Source: Eledone cirrhosa
Taxonomy: Eukaryota
Assembly: GCA_964016885.1 (NCBI GenBank)
Contig: OZ024740.1
Span: 343,232,001-343,296,000, forward strand
Direction: 5' to 3'
Length of the DNA stretch: 64,000 nt
Shown: positions 14,271 through 31,034 of the stretch, piece by piece
Position numbering within the stretch: position 1 is the first letter of the stretch
Layout of the letters: each line of letters starts with the position of its first letter
Translations under genes and position numbers: made by a program
The notes under the pieces: model-generated
What the model was told of the DNA's origin: nothing
Database searches by the model: none
The model's input: the letters and a program-made list of their open reading frames with translations, nothing else

Positions 14271-14840
14271 TGTATGCTTAATTAAAAGAATTTCGAAGAC
14301 CTTACGCTATTGTTTTAGAGTAGTGACAGTCTCACTTACTTTAAATTTTCAGCAAACAGGGGAGATAAAGCTGAAAGAGCTCTGTTTCGTACTTTTTGGT
14401 ACTTATCAAAGCTAAGTACTCCACCTGTTTGCTGAAAATCATGAATGTTTGATTCTTATAGAATTCTAGTAATAATCAGGACCTATTATAAAGAGCCGTT
14501 GCCGGTCAAGCAGAAATTGAAAATTAGAATTGGTGCTCTGAAATAGCGATATATATATGAATGTATATAATGTATTTTGCAATACACTGTATGCTTAATT
14601 AAAAGCATTTCGAAGACTTTACGCTATTGTTTTAGAGTAGTGACAGTCTCACTTACATTAAATTTTCAGCAAACAGGGGAGATAAAGCTGACAGAGTTCT
14701 GTTTCTGACTTTTTGGTACTTATCAAAGCTAAGTACTCCACCTGTTTGCTGAAAATCATGAATGTTTGATTCTTATATAATTCTAGTAATCATCAGGAAC
14801 TGATTATACAGAGCGGTTGCCGGTCAAGCAGAAATGTGTG

Positions 14841-14925
<85 letters not shown>

Positions 14926-15009
14926 TTAGAGTAGTGATAGTCTCACTTACTTTAAATTCTTATAGAATTCTATGAAAATTTAAAATAAGTGAGACTGTCA
15001 CTACTCTAA

Positions 15010-15015
<6 letters not shown>
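14268..15015. mobile_element. Family C: tandem pair of ~315-bp units (14268-14835) plus a ~95-bp palindrome (14922-15015)
   Basis: ctgtatgcttaattaaaag...gccggtcaagcagaaat occurs twice; hairpin ttgttttagagtagtga/tcactactctaaaacaa; same family at 21652-22018. Confidence 0.85.
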
Positions 15016-15073
<58 letters not shown>

Positions 15074-15078
15074 CTATA

Positions 15079-15133
<55 letters not shown>

Positions 15134-15161
15134 ACATATATATATATATATATATATATAA

Positions 15162-15254
<93 letters not shown>

Positions 15255-15255
15255 T

Positions 15256-15329
<74 letters not shown>

Positions 15330-15523
15330 TATTAAGACGGATCCTGTAGTCTGTAACTCTAGAGTTTTCCCTGTGTATATATATAACAAAACAAAATCAA
15401 GATATTCGGTACTACGGTTGCACCCATTAATCAACAGATAATCACTATAAGCCATGTCGGGCCATTTGCCGATTAATAGGCATCGGCTTTTTTGCCGGTT
15501 TTGATTATCGATCATTAATGCTC

Positions 15524-15712
15524 GGTGGATTGGCAGTATCGGTAGAGAGTCGGACACCATGCTTTGAAGCATAGAGTTACGTCCCTTTATGATCTGAGTT
15601 CAAATCCCGCCGGGGTTAACTTTGCCTTTCATTCTTACGGGGTCGATAAAATAAAGTACCAGTAATGTACTGGATAATTGCTGGCCTTGTGCCTAAAATA
15701 GAAACAATTATT
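15524..15712 (+). mobile_element. Main SINE
   Basis: Match to consensus. Confidence 0.9.
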
Positions 15713-16100
15713 GCTTTAGAGCAAGAAAACCATGGGTAACACAGGAATTCGGAAAACACATTCGATTCAACATTAATAAATTCATAAGAAACATATATAA
15801 TTTCCTAGGACACAAACTAGACTCACCAATGTAAAATAACTCTATACTTAACCCTAGGTCACGTTGGTCTAAATAACTGTCAATTTGCTTATCAGTGCGT
15901 CCCTAACCGATGCATAGTGCATTCATTAAAACATACTGCCGTACAGGTCATATTTCATAAATCGGGGTGTTTCATATCAGGGTTGGGAAAGGTGGGGTGG
16001 GGTGAGAATAAGTGGTTTCTAGCTGAGAAGAAATAACAGGCTCGGAGATCTAATGTCAAACATACAACGTCTAGGAGAAGTTGTAGTGTGAACAAACATA

Positions 16101-16243
<143 letters not shown>

Positions 16244-16446
16244 TACATATACACACATACAAGCATATCTACCCATAGATGTGTACATATATTATTTATA
16301 TGTAGTTGATTTCACATCCATGAGATCACATACACACCAGTACACTCACATACATATATGCATATACATGCACATTTATTTATAAGTATTTATATATATA
16401 TATATATATATATATTGTATATATATATATATTGTATATATATATA

Positions 16447-16633
16447 TACAATATGTTGAAAAGGTAACACACTCGAGCTCCATCAATAAAATAGGGAAAA
16501 ACCACCAGTGTAGGGATTCTATAATCTATGGAAGGCAGGGTAGACACACGATAATTAAAAATATAAATTAAAATGTATATACGCACCTCTATAACTATAT
16601 AACACACACATACAAATCCAAAGAGATCTGTTT
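16447..16633. mobile_element. Fragment of the family forming the fold-back at 63153-63752
   Basis: ttgaaaaggtaacacact...ggcagggtagaca...caaatccaaagagatctgtttc shared. Confidence 0.85.
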
Positions 16634-16677
16634 CTCTCTCTCTCGCACTCTCTCACTTTCACTTTACACACACACAC

Positions 16678-16710
<33 letters not shown>

Positions 16711-16724
16711 CATCTATATATACA

Positions 16725-16764
<40 letters not shown>

Positions 16765-16816
16765 TATATATATATATATATATTTATAAAATTAACACAC
16801 ATATACAATACAATGT

Positions 16817-16866
<50 letters not shown>

Positions 16867-17172
16867 CACATAAAGCATAAATTATTTACGTTTCAAACAA
16901 TGCTTACACTTTGCTTGAGGAACCATGAAAAAATAGTTCTGTTTTAGTTAATATTCATTTTTTTCTTGTTATTTTGTTTATATTTTGTCTGTCGCACATT
17001 TTTCTGTCATTTTTTCCCCTCGTCTTTTTGTCTTATTCTTATTAAAATTACATCGCTTACATGACACGGATATCAAATATAATTTTTCTTACTACATTAA
17101 ACAAGCATCATGTTGAAAAGATAACGGGGAGTGTGAGATAGAGCGAGAGACAGAGAGACAGAGAACCAGGAA

Positions 17173-17351
<179 letters not shown>

Positions 17352-17370
17352 TATATGTATAATGTACATA

Positions 17371-17429
<59 letters not shown>

Positions 17430-17437
17430 AAACGTAT

Positions 17438-17475
<38 letters not shown>

Positions 17476-17487
17476 GTATACATACAT

Positions 17488-17559
<72 letters not shown>

Positions 17560-17571
17560 GTATACATACAT

Positions 17572-17613
<42 letters not shown>

Positions 17614-17616
17614 ATG

Positions 17617-17663
<47 letters not shown>

Positions 17664-18029
17664 AGAGAGAGAGAGAGTAAGGTGTCTATAGATAAACAAC
17701 GAAAAAACTGAAACGAAAATAATATTCATGATAATGATGATAATGTTGGTAACATGAAAAAAAAATGTTTCTTTTTTCATTTTTGCTTTAGTTTTTTTGC
17801 TTTAGTTTTGTATATTTCGATTCCCCGATAAATAATATAATTCTTTTGCAAAACTTCATAAAACAGAATCGAAAGTTGAAAACGAAAAAATATAACAAAT
17901 AGAATGAAAATAAGAATAAGTAATAAAGAAAAAGAAAGAAACTGTTTACAAAAAAAAAAAAAATAATACATATATATGAAAATAAAATAACGCAACCAAA
18001 ATTAATGTATATATTATGGATATGGATAT

Positions 18030-18153
<124 letters not shown>

Positions 18154-18199
18154 GTATATATATGCATATACATACACACGCACATATATATATATATAT

Positions 18200-18253
<54 letters not shown>

Positions 18254-18305
18254 GAAGAGAGAGAAAAAGAGAGAGAAAGAAAGAGAGAAATGGATAGAAA
18301 GAACT

Positions 18306-18337
<32 letters not shown>

Positions 18338-18799
18338 GAGAGAGAGTGATAGAAAGAGAGAGATAGAAAGGAAGAGAGTGGGAGATAGAAGGAAAAGAAA
18401 ATATGAAAAATGTTGGGATTTAAAAATCTGACTGAAGTTATTCATTGTTACGCTTGTTTTATTTCAGCAGAGAAGATATTTTTTCATTTAAAACATAAAG
18501 CAATACTGTCTCTCTGGTTGAACTAAAATATATTATGGAAAATGAAAGTGAAAATAGAGAAAAATAAGAGAACAAATCGGAGATACATATTTGTTATTTT
18601 GTTATTCTTGTCTATATTGATGTTATGTATTAAGTATAGCTTTTATTTAAAAAATGTTTGAATTCATTGTTTTTATTATTTGCAATGTTAAACGTTTTTA
18701 TTTAATATTCGTTATTTATTATTCATATACATATATATATATAGACATACACATACATATTTATATATTATATATTATATTATATCATACGCACACACA

Positions 18800-18852
<53 letters not shown>

Positions 18853-19407
18853 TTAAAATAAGCTATAGAAAAAATAAGATAATATAGTGATTTCTTTGGG
18901 CGAAAAGCATTAGATAAAATGTTCAGTTCAAGAAAAAAATATAAGAAAAAAAAAACAAAAGATTCGTAAATGTTCTTAATCAGATAGAAACATAACTGCT
19001 TACCGACATTTAGACTAAAAACAAAACCAGAGAAAATAAACAAATACAAATGCGATTTTGGGTACATACAAGACCTCATGCACAATCAGATGAGCAGCTT
19101 TCACAAACACATATACAAACACTCAGACTAATCCTCAAATACTCATGCAAAATCGTAAAGGCATTCATTCATGCATGCCTCCATGTATTTCTTTTTATAC
19201 ACAAGAGCATTTAAACATTGTTACACACAAGTGAACATTAATAAAAAGTAGAAAATATATTTTAGACAGTAAGGTAAAATGAAATATATATACTCATATA
19301 CAGACATGCATTTATTCTTAATTATATCACGTGCACACACAAGCATACACACACACACACACATACACACAAACACACACATACACACAGACATATATAT
19401 ATGAAAT

Positions 19408-20013
19408 ATTTTTTTTTTGTCGTTTTGGAAGCCTCAACAATGCAGATGGGTAAATCTCCGGGTAACAGAATCCGGTGGTGAAGAGAGAGATGTAAGGGAG
19501 TGTAGAATGAGATGTATAGTGTGTAGAGGAACGTAGGAGAGAGCGTAAAAAATAAAAATAATAACACGAGATAGAGTTACCTTGGGAGAGATTTAATTGT
19601 CCCTATATTTCGGATTCGCATCAATCAAAAGGGGCGTTTTCCGCAGAGGGATGGTACGTGGCCTCTGTTGTCCGCTGTTTGTGTGTTACAGGACAACAGA
19701 GGCCACGTACCGTTCCTCTCCGGCAGATAACCCCCCCCCCCGGAAAACCCCCCAGTTGATTGATGCGAATCCGAAATATAGGGACAATTAAATCTCTCCC
19801 AAGGTAACTCTATCTCGTGTTATTATTTTTATTTTTTACGCTCTCTCCTACGTTCCTCTACACACTATACATCTCATTCTACACTCCCTTACATCTCTCT
19901 CTTCACCACCGGATTCTGTTACCCGGAGATTTACCCATCTGCATTGTTGAGGCTTCCAAAACGACAAAAAAAAAAATGTTATTATTCCACACTGCTTCAA
20001 GCAAACTTCAATA

Positions 20014-20018
<5 letters not shown>
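19408..20018. mobile_element. Near-perfect fold-back insert (arms 19408-19673 / 19691-19978, tail to 20018)
   Basis: ~265-bp inverted arms, 17-bp spacer, one-sided tail ending at (TA)n. Confidence 0.9.
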
Positions 20019-20090
<72 letters not shown>

Positions 20091-20316
20091 AATATATCTG
20101 TGTGTAGAGGACGGACGAGAAACTTTAGAGTACTCAAAACTTTAAGTGAAACTTCTGAGTAACAAGACTCATTTTTTAGCCACAATAAAAGAAAATATAT
20201 ATAAGTACACACACACAAGCGCGCACGTACACATAATTATATACATATACATATATACATATATATATATATATACATATATGTAAGATCAAAAAGATGG
20301 TTAAAAGAGTTCCATG

Positions 20317-20387
20317 TATTTTATTATGCGCATTTCAAAAACAAATATCATCATGGGATGATACTTGCGTTTTCATCAGATAAAATA
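20317..20387 (-). ncRNA. Type-I hammerhead ribozyme, family D (within insert 20284-20418)
   Basis: Reverse complement: tattttat-CTGATGA-16-bp stem II-GAAA-TGCGCA-TA-ataaaata. Confidence 0.85.
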
Positions 20388-20418
20388 GGGAGACATGATA
20401 TGAAGTTTAAAAAACACT

Positions 20419-20869
<451 letters not shown>

Positions 20870-20894
20870 CAGACATATATATATATATATACAC

Positions 20895-21089
<195 letters not shown>

Positions 21090-21094
21090 CATAC

Positions 21095-21149
<55 letters not shown>

Positions 21150-21221
21150 CATACATATATATATATATACACACATATATATATACATACATATATATAT
21201 ACACACATATATATATATATA

Positions 21222-21638
21222 ATAAATCAAGAAAGAAGAGTGACACGGTTTGCTATACAATAAGGGCTTTAATCACATTGCTGACAATTGTTTCTCTGAA
21301 CTGGTAGGTCTAGAGATCGCTACCCGCCTGTTTCTGCGTCAATCGATCACCAATACATAGTTATATGTATAGCGATCTCTAGACCTACCAGTTCAGTGAA
21401 ACAATTGTCAGCAATGTGATTAAAGCCCTTATTGTATAGCAAACCGTGTCACTCTTCTTTCTTGATTTATCATTACTCCAAGTGTAAACTACATAGAAAT
21501 CACCGCGTACTCGCAGCATCACTATGGAAACGCTTTGTTGAGTCAAACTTAGCCAAGCGTTGATACTATCCACTACTCGGAGTACCCTAACTAGACTACA
21601 TCTAAGTGGACTACCTATAACAATAATTTGTTATCCCG
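21222..21638 (+). mobile_element. Fold-back insert, family E (arms ~21222-21322 / 21370-21470, tail to 21638) with the 3' half of a hammerhead
   Basis: GAAA-CAATTG-TC at 21398-21409; CTGANGA half absent; (TA)n flanks. Confidence 0.8.
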
Positions 21639-21651
21639 TATATATATATAT

Positions 21652-22128
<477 letters not shown>

Positions 22129-22129
22129 A

Positions 22130-22790
22130 AAATAAACAAATCAATTATTGATCTCTGTTCCCAATTCCCCTTATACCATGTATATTTATCGATGTCTCTG
22201 AGCTGGAAGAAAGAGTTCATAACACAGAGTCTATTACTAGAACAGAAGTCTAATAAGACCACTCCAATTGTATTTAGTTCTGGGTCACCGTTCCTTCCAA
22301 TCACTCTTTTCCATGTCAGTTGGTCAATGTCAATACGTGCATTGAAGCCTCTTAACAGATTATATGACTCTGTCTTAACTAGATCTAACGCCGCAATAAC
22401 TTCATCAAGGAAGGATCTGTAGTCGGACTCCTTCTTTGGTGCATAAACGTGCACCACCCACGGAGACCTATCTTTCAGCCGAAGTTTCAAGATGCAAATC
22501 CTCCCTCTTAATGGTATCCAGTCCATTACACATTCCGATAGCTGTGGGCTTGTAAGTATTCCCACTCCCACCTGTGCAGTCATTTCTGGCGCCACACCTG
22601 AATAGTGGATTTTCCACCCTCCATCCAAATCTACAATATCAAAGCCACGAATATGTGTTGAGGAAGCCCCGATTATATCTAGCCAGTAGCATCTAGCCGT
22701 CTCCATCACTTTCTGCTCCTTGTCTGTAAGGGTTGTGATGTTCCAGGTTCCAATTGTCAAGGGCTGGAGTCTAGGGATACGCAATATTTG
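22130..22790 (-). pseudogene. APE-type endonuclease fragment of an RTE-like LINE
   Basis: TIGTWNITTL, VYAP, GFNARI, NGDPELN..G..LLDFC..NRLCVMNSFF, KYTWY, SIIDL motifs. Confidence 0.85.
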
Positions 22791-23201
22791 TGCGTCCGTC
22801 AAACGCCTCCCAGGACAGGTCGCAGGCCCATCACTTGTTCATACCACATGAAATAAAGACTACAATATACTTTTGGAATGCGTTCATTGTTAACCCGCAC
22901 GAAGGACGATACGGTATGGTTTTTTTCGTACCTTTCATTATATTGCAGTTTTGGTGGTCTTATTCTCGCCAATATATATATATATATATTGGCGAGACAT
23001 ATATGTGTGTGTGGGTGTGTGGGGGGTGTGTGTGTGTGTGGGGAGGGGGGGGGGTACATGAAAACAGGAAAATGAATTTGAAGTCTTTAAGAAGGTTTAT
23101 TTACAATAACAGATTTACCGGTTTCACAAGTTTGATGATTTTCAAAAGTTAAGAGGAATGGAGAGATATTAGCCAAGCCGTCGTGTATATATATATATAC
23201 A

Positions 23202-23261
<60 letters not shown>

Positions 23262-24169
23262 ACGCGTGTGTGTGTGTGTGGACATAGTTTAGAGTTTGCA
23301 GCAGCAAAGAACAAAGCAAAAAATCAATATAACCCGTTGAATTGCTCAAGGTGTTCATTAAGATTATTTACAATAGTATTTTCACCTATATATGAATAGA
23401 ATTTGGTGATAGTTGAAATTCGAAAACAGATACCCACACCAAAATTCGATGTCTATGTATATAACATATGTCCCATTCGATGTCTCTATGTATATAACAT
23501 ATGTCCCACACAATGTATTGATGAATATGTATATTATCAAAGTACCGTGAATAAAAATATAATGAACGAAATTTTTATCATATTTAAAACTATAGAAGCT
23601 GTAATAGTATCAATGATTACGATGCAACTCCAATTATAATAAAATCCACGCTACATTCAGCATTTGCATTTGGAACCAAAGAGCAAGAGATAGTTACTTT
23701 GTATAAAGATTAAATCTTTTGGTTGATCTATAACAAATGTGTAACGTTGTTAAAATCTTATAAAAATCTATACATATTCGTACCAAATTGATTTATGTAT
23801 ATTTCTTCGGTAATCTTTCGGTAATTATTTTACCAACTACTGTTTAAAGAAAGACACGTAGACAATGGTTGGATTTGAATTCCCAAGCAATTTAAAAATG
23901 AAATATTTTACCTACATAATTTCTCCTGAAGGCAAACTATATCGATGTGTTAGTCAATTTAATGGTAATGATGATGATGATGATAAGCCCTTACATTAAA
24001 CCTAACCACAGTATACATTGAATGTACCCCAGTGGAATTAATTCAGAATGAATCCCAACAAGATTTGAAACAGAATGGGATCAAGCTGCAAATGTAGTAA
24101 TTTTCCAGTGACCTGCATTACTCTAATACAAATAATAGTCCCAACAGCACCAAAGGCAATAACAATGGT

Positions 24170-24239
<70 letters not shown>

Positions 24240-24667
24240 ACTACTGCTGCTGCTGAATGTAGCAGATTGTATTTGAAAGCAGACCAAAATGAAAATTTTG
24301 TAGAGCAAATAAAATCGCACACCGACTATAATTTATTTGTTCATCTTTTTCCAGAAATTTCTTCGGATTCCTATATTTTAAACATGGGAAATTAGAACTG
24401 AGCGAAAAAAACTTTCACAAATTCAATATTTTCAACCTCCTTCGCCCCATTCATACAAACAGACACATAGATATGTATGTATGTAGTTATGAACGTTTGT
24501 ATGCATGTATGTATGTATATATGTATATATGTATATATAAATATATATATATGTATATATATGTATGTGAGTGTGTGTGTGTATGCGCGTGTGTATGTGT
24601 GTGTATGTGTGTGACTGTGTGCATGTGTCTGTGTAAGAGGTTGATGTAGTTTGCTTGAAGCTAAAAC

Positions 24668-24718
<51 letters not shown>

Positions 24719-24723
24719 ATATA

Positions 24724-25660
24724 TAAGGTTTGCCTATAGGTTGGATTTAATTTACTTGGCTGGTAACTTAATATCACATTCAACGGGATTCTTGCTTTTA
24801 AAAGTTTAAATTCAAATTCATCAAAAATTCTTCTAGTTACTAATTGTGTTCTCAATTTGTGGTACTTTAGCATGGCTTCGCAAGGGGTAATCATAGTAAC
24901 AACTATTATGTTCTCCAAGTTTTATTTTAATTTTAAAATTGACACATTATATGAAATCTTAGTTTAATGCTGGTGAAGATTACACCTGAAAACAATCTTT
25001 CAGTCGTGGCATTGCTTAGTGGCACGTTTCAAACCAGCCAATATATTTTCATATAAATTTGGCAGTTCAGGTTCATCAGTTGCTTTTTAAATGTTGCTGC
25101 TTTAAACTAAAATTCTGATCCGTCCATAGGAATTTCTTCAAGAAATACATTTTCCCTATCAAGTGTGAACCGCTTGCTCTACTGGCTCTCTATTAATATA
25201 ATTTTTGATTGATCTGCCAAAGATAGATGCAACAAGATTGTATGATTATAACAAAGTCTTGGGGGAAATTTTAAATTTTTTAAATGATTTCTCTTATTTT
25301 GGGGTAGACAGTTCAAGATTTTTTTACATGCCAGTCTCAAGAAGCTTACACGCCTCTTTTGTACAGTGTTTTCCTATTCCTGACGAAATTTTGCTAACCA
25401 AAACGTTACCCATATCCAAAGTAACTTTTCTCTTAGGAGGTCTTGTGATCCAATGAATAAAATCGTTTTAAATATGAATTCCATTATCCCCAAGAAACCT
25501 TTCACAACTTGTTGCAACAATTCAATACTAGTTTTAGTAATAGGAATAATGCTAAACACTGTAATACAATTACATTTTGTCACTTATTTTAATACGATTT
25601 GCGTGAAGTCTTGAAAATGTAATGTAATCTGCTACTCGAAGTTAACTCTGGCAACCCCAG
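24724..25660 (-). mobile_element. Probable decayed hAT DNA transposon remnant
   Basis: Minus-strand LSNATTERLFS...IKLR near 24960-25020 resembles the hAT dimerisation motif; TIR-like ctggcaacccca at 25648-25659. Confidence 0.4.
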
Positions 25661-26961
25661 TGTGGAATATTAGAAACTGTAGGGTATCAGAAATATGCCT
25701 TATATTATTTTGTTACACAACCCACCTAGGTCGGCTTTGTCTTTCATAATGGCGATAGAATAAGTATTGAGGTTTGATCTTAATAGACTATACTTTTCTC
25801 TAATTCTGAAACCTTGTGCCTATGTTAAAAATCATTAATGTTACATTGATTATTATTGTTAAATGCGTAACTGAAGACTAGATCGTTAGATTCACTCGTG
25901 CGTAAGAAAAACGTCTATTAATTGCTCCTTATGAACTTATTTTAAAATGTATTTAAATTTTGTGGGAAACAAAAATAAAGTTTCTTCTACATTTTTTTTG
26001 CTTTTGTTTTTTCAATATTTGTGTTTTTAGAATATGAAGAAGAACGTACGACTGAGAAATGTCAATTATTTCAACTGACTCACAGTGCTGTGTTATTCAA
26101 TTGTTTACACACACAACGTAATTCACATGTTGCTTTTCACAGAAACATCTCGTGTTTGTTTTTAATCGTTGTATTTTTTTGTGCTTTTTCCCGCAGCTTC
26201 TTCTTTCAATTGTTTTCTATTGATTTTTTACAATATCCAGTTTATTTATTTATTTATATATCCATCTATATATATATTTATGTTTTTAATTATTTTCCAT
26301 CTTCATCCTTAGACACAGCGACAGAAGAAGACCTCGTTGTTGTGTATAAAGCCTCAGTAACAGAAGACGTGTTTTGCTTAGGTGAAAAGTTACAACAACT
26401 CTTTATGAATAAATAAAACTGATCTATAACTAGTCTTTATTTATTTATTTTATTTACCTTATCATTTTCCCAAGAAATTATTCTTCGCTTTCAACTTTTC
26501 TACGTTGTTTGCATTCAGCGGCTTATGTTGAACGAAGAGAAAAAAAACATGACGATGTGGTTAACGTCAGTTTTATCATTTTGTTAAATCCTTTTATTCT
26601 TTTTTCCTTCCCATCATTCTTTTCTTATTTTTCTCTCCTTCATATGTCTTTTTATTTCTATATTTTCTGTATTAATCGTCACACGTTATCAGTTATGCTT
26701 CTATGTTGTATGTTGTCCGATATGATGTACACATTTCTTTTAAATGCTATTATTGGACACTGTGTATAAAAAATAAATAAATAAGTCAACACGAACGGAA
26801 AACAAACAAACACTTTATGGTTAATAACTTAAAATAACTTCACTACGCTACCAAGATAATGTATTGTTGTTCTGCCTTCTGTCTCTCAAAAAACTGGTGT
26901 GTGCATGTATATGTATGTATATATACACACAAGTGAATTTCAGTATGTATGCTTTTATATT

Positions 26962-26992
<31 letters not shown>

Positions 26993-27005
26993 GCGCACGC
27001 GCGCA

Positions 27006-27166
<161 letters not shown>

Positions 27167-27402
27167 ACACACACACACACCCCACACGCGCGCGCACACA
27201 TACATTGATACGCATATATATTAACACACTATCGAGTGTTAAATTAGATGAAATCTGGTGCAAACAAACATTTTGTTGGACATTGTTGGACATTGTTTAC
27301 TCTGTACCCCAATGTTGCGAGAGAAAAAGTGTAATGGTGTTAGATCTTAGCAATTTGTACATTATTCTCGGTGTCATAAACCATGGAGTACCCCAAACTC
27401 TG

Positions 27403-27765
27403 TCTTCTTCTTCTTCTTCTTCTTCTTCTTCTTCTTCTTCTTCTTCTTCTTCTTCTTCTTCTTCTTCTTCTTCTTCTTCTTCTTCTTCTTCTTCTTCTTC
27501 TTCTTCTTCTTCTTCTTCTTCTTCTTCTTCTTCTTCTTCTTCTTCGCCCATTTTTTCCTGAGAGGGTCATGGGGGGCAGAGTCCCCAAACACTCCTTCCA
27601 GCAGGTCCTGTCAGAAGCAACCGTCTCCGATTTATCCAACTATCTTGCTTGGGATCTACCCCTGGGTTTCCTACCGGTTTGTTTTGCCTGTAAAATCGGT
27701 CCAGCGATTCTTTGCTGGGGCATTCTAACAACATGCCCATAGTATCAGAGCTGTGATCTCTCAAT
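27403..27765 (-). mobile_element. 3' end of an RTE-clade LINE with (GAA)n tail
   Basis: Minus strand GHVVRMPQQRI...GRKPRGRSQAR..., followed by a long (GAA)n run at 27403-27545. Confidence 0.75.
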
Positions 27766-28241
27766 TCGGGTATATTAAATTAGGAATTAAAACTATAGCA
27801 GTACATGTTAGTTTTCTCCGACAACAGGTAAAGGCGAACGTTTCAAATATGATCAAAGAAAAAAGTGGTACGCAAGTCTTCATTTTCCACCACAACTACT
27901 CGTTCTTCCACAATTATTAGTTTAGAATTTCTAGTTCCTATCCGAGCTGAATGAAGTTATGTTTAAAACAAAAGCTGATACAATGACGATCAAATTCTTT
28001 CGAGGTTTATAGTCGGGATATGTCTTTCTATAAATAGTAAGGCGAGTTTGCAGCTCGTAAGATATTGTTCTCAATAAAATATAGAGTACATTCCAATTAG
28101 TGAGGAACAAAAAGCAGAGTAAAAAGAAAGTGATAGAGATACACAGAAGGATTAGTAGAAATACATCAGAGCAAAAGCAGGATCTGTCATACGGACGAAT
28201 GAATAGTAAATATATATTTTTTAAATATATGTATGTGCATG

Positions 28242-28300
<59 letters not shown>

Positions 28301-28782
28301 CAATTATTATTGCTATTGCTATTGTTATTCTTGTTCATGTTAATTTATTTTTACATATATTTCATTACTGCACTAGGGCTTGATGGACGCAACCACAAGG
28401 ATATGGTCCGAACGTGGAAGAGCCGAACTCCAACTGTCATCGCCTCCATCTCTCTCGCCCTTCCCATCTCTCCGTATGATGAGCAAATGGGGTCCCACAT
28501 GCTGGCCTCCCCACAGCCCCGGTGGACGGAATGGAGAAAGCTTTTCCCCGGAGGATAGTAAGGGATTCAGCTATGACAATGTAGCAATAAGACACGGAAA
28601 TATAGCAATCCTCACTCAAAATCCAGTATCAATTTGTATCGGAATCAAATATCTACTCATGTGTCTAGTAACTGCAGTTGTAGGTATCCTCTAGATTAAA
28701 TTACAGTTTAATTGATTCTTCCAGTTCAATATTATGTGACCTGCTAGGATCCTGGTCTAAAACGAAATATTCTAATTCAACA

Positions 28783-30151
28783 ATAAGCTTTCTTGAAAGC
28801 AATGGCCTGCTGAACTCCAACCAACATGGGTTCCGTAATGGAAGGGACTGTCTAACGCAGCTCCTGCATCACTTTGACGATATTTTGAGAGCCTTGGGAG
28901 AGGGCTCCAACACTGATGTCATCTACCTTGATTTCAGTAAGGATTTGACAGGGTTAATCATAAGATTCTACTGAAAAAACTATCCAATTTTGGTGTCTCA
29001 GGAAAGTTACTACAGTAGATCAAATGTTTCCTGACAGGCAGAACCCAACATGTAAGCGAAGGAGTAAAATCAAGCCCTGCCAATATCAGCAGTGGCGTCC
29101 CACAAGGCACTGTGTGGCCCACTTCTTTTCATCATCTACATTAATGACATTACTGACATCATTAAGCACAGCAACATAAGAATCTTCGGAGATGATTCCA
29201 ATCTCCAAAGGGTCATCGATCAGGTGGGTGACCGGACTTGCCTTCAGTCAGACCTACTGGCTGTTATCCAATGGGCAGAAAAGAAAAGAATAATATGTTG
29301 TTGAATGAGGATAAGTTTGAATTAATCCACTTTGGAAAAAAGGATGCCCTGAAACTACCATACTCTCTTCCTTCGGGTGAAACTCTAATGGCATCCAATA
29401 ACACCAGAGACCTGGGAGTAATTGTGGAGAACAACATAAGCTGGGCCACTCATATAAACAGCAAAGTTGAAATGGTCCGCAGAATGTGTTCCTGGATTCT
29501 CAGAACCTTCCAGTCGAGAGATATCCACATTGTTATCCTTCTCTTCTCCACTTTTGCCCGACCCCACCTTGAATACTGTTGTCCACTGTGGTCTACCCAC
29601 ACGAAACAAAGTATCATGAAAGTTGAAGCACCTCAAAGATCGATTACAAAAAAGATAGATGGAATGACAGGCCTTGACTATTGGAGTCGATTAGAAAAGC
29701 TCAACCTTTATTCTCTCCAACGTCGCCGTGAGTGCTACATTATCTGCATGATGTGGAAAATGTTCCACCAGCTTTGTCCAAATGATATTTAATATACACC
29801 CAAGGCTTGGGCCCCGTTCTATCCGCCCACGACAAAAATCTCACTCGCATCTCATAACAACAATACAGCACAATTATTTCACCTCAATTGGCCCTGCACT
29901 CTTTAACAATACACCAAGACACATCAAAACAGAAACAGACCCCATCAAGTTCAAGAAGTCTTTGGGCAAATTCCTTCAAGAAATTCCGGATAAGCCTCCT
30001 ACACCCGGATATGCCTCCGTAAACAATAACTCTCTGTTCGAGTGGGCCATGGTGCCCAAACACTGATTTGAAAGACTTCGCCAGGTGGTGCTATTAAGTT
30101 AGACATGGCCTGGGCCAATACTGGCCGAAAACTATCAAAGTTATCAAAGTT
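28783..30151 (+). mobile_element. 5'-truncated CR1-clade LINE (RT pseudogene plus 3' end)
   Basis: NQHGFRNGRDCLTQL, DVIYLDFSK, SGVPQG, GPLLFIIYINDI, FGDDS, RPHLEYCCPLWS, LYSLQRRRE; ends in (atcaaagtt)2 then (TA)n. Confidence 0.92.
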
Positions 30152-30154
30152 ATA

Positions 30155-30219
<65 letters not shown>

Positions 30220-30715
30220 TTGGCACCGAGAGACATTAATATTATAGACCCACAATTAGGTCTGCGTACTATGGTGAATCAAAATGTAAAAATGAGAAGG
30301 AAATGTAAAAAGGAGAAGGAAAACTCTGATATAACACCTGCAACCCTGATGGTATCCAATGATGTTGACTTGTTCTTCTTTTTGGTAAATATCATCTTGG
30401 TTAAGAGAGTAGACTGGCTTTGTGCAGTGCCTTTACTCACTATAAAGGCTTCACGGCACAGGCATTGCTTTATATCTGGAGATCTCTCTGCACTTGTCGT
30501 CACATGGCACCATGGGCCCAGCACTATGTGTCAATAATTGTCACAAGTGTAGTGTTTGTACCAGAGTTTTCATGTCGCTGGCTGGACTAAAAAGTCACAC
30601 TCGTTCAGCGCATCGGTAGGGGTTCTCCTACATGGATATAAAGTAGTGGCCGTACTCGAAAACGAGTTGGCAGCCACCATGTATGTAAGTATGTATGTGT
30701 GTATGTATGTATGTA

Positions 30716-30746
<31 letters not shown>

Positions 30747-30974
30747 ATGTGTGTGTGTATGTATGTATGTATGTATGTATGAATGTATGTATGTATGTAT
30801 ATATGTGTGTATGTATGTATGTATGTATGTAAATGTGAATGTATGTATATATGTATGTGTTTATGTATGTATGTATGTATGTATGTATGTATGTATGTAT
30901 GTATGTATGTATGTATGTGTGTGTGTGTATGCGTGCGCGTGTGTGTGTGTGCGTGTGTGAGTGTATATGTCTAC

Positions 30975-31034
<60 letters not shown>

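Noticed and set aside
25035-25082. Hammerhead-like CTGATGA...GAAA on the minus strand (similar isolated cores at ~42554, 44787, 56153 and 63384)
   Set aside because: No convincing stem I/II or valid UH cleavage site; likely chance or too decayed to call
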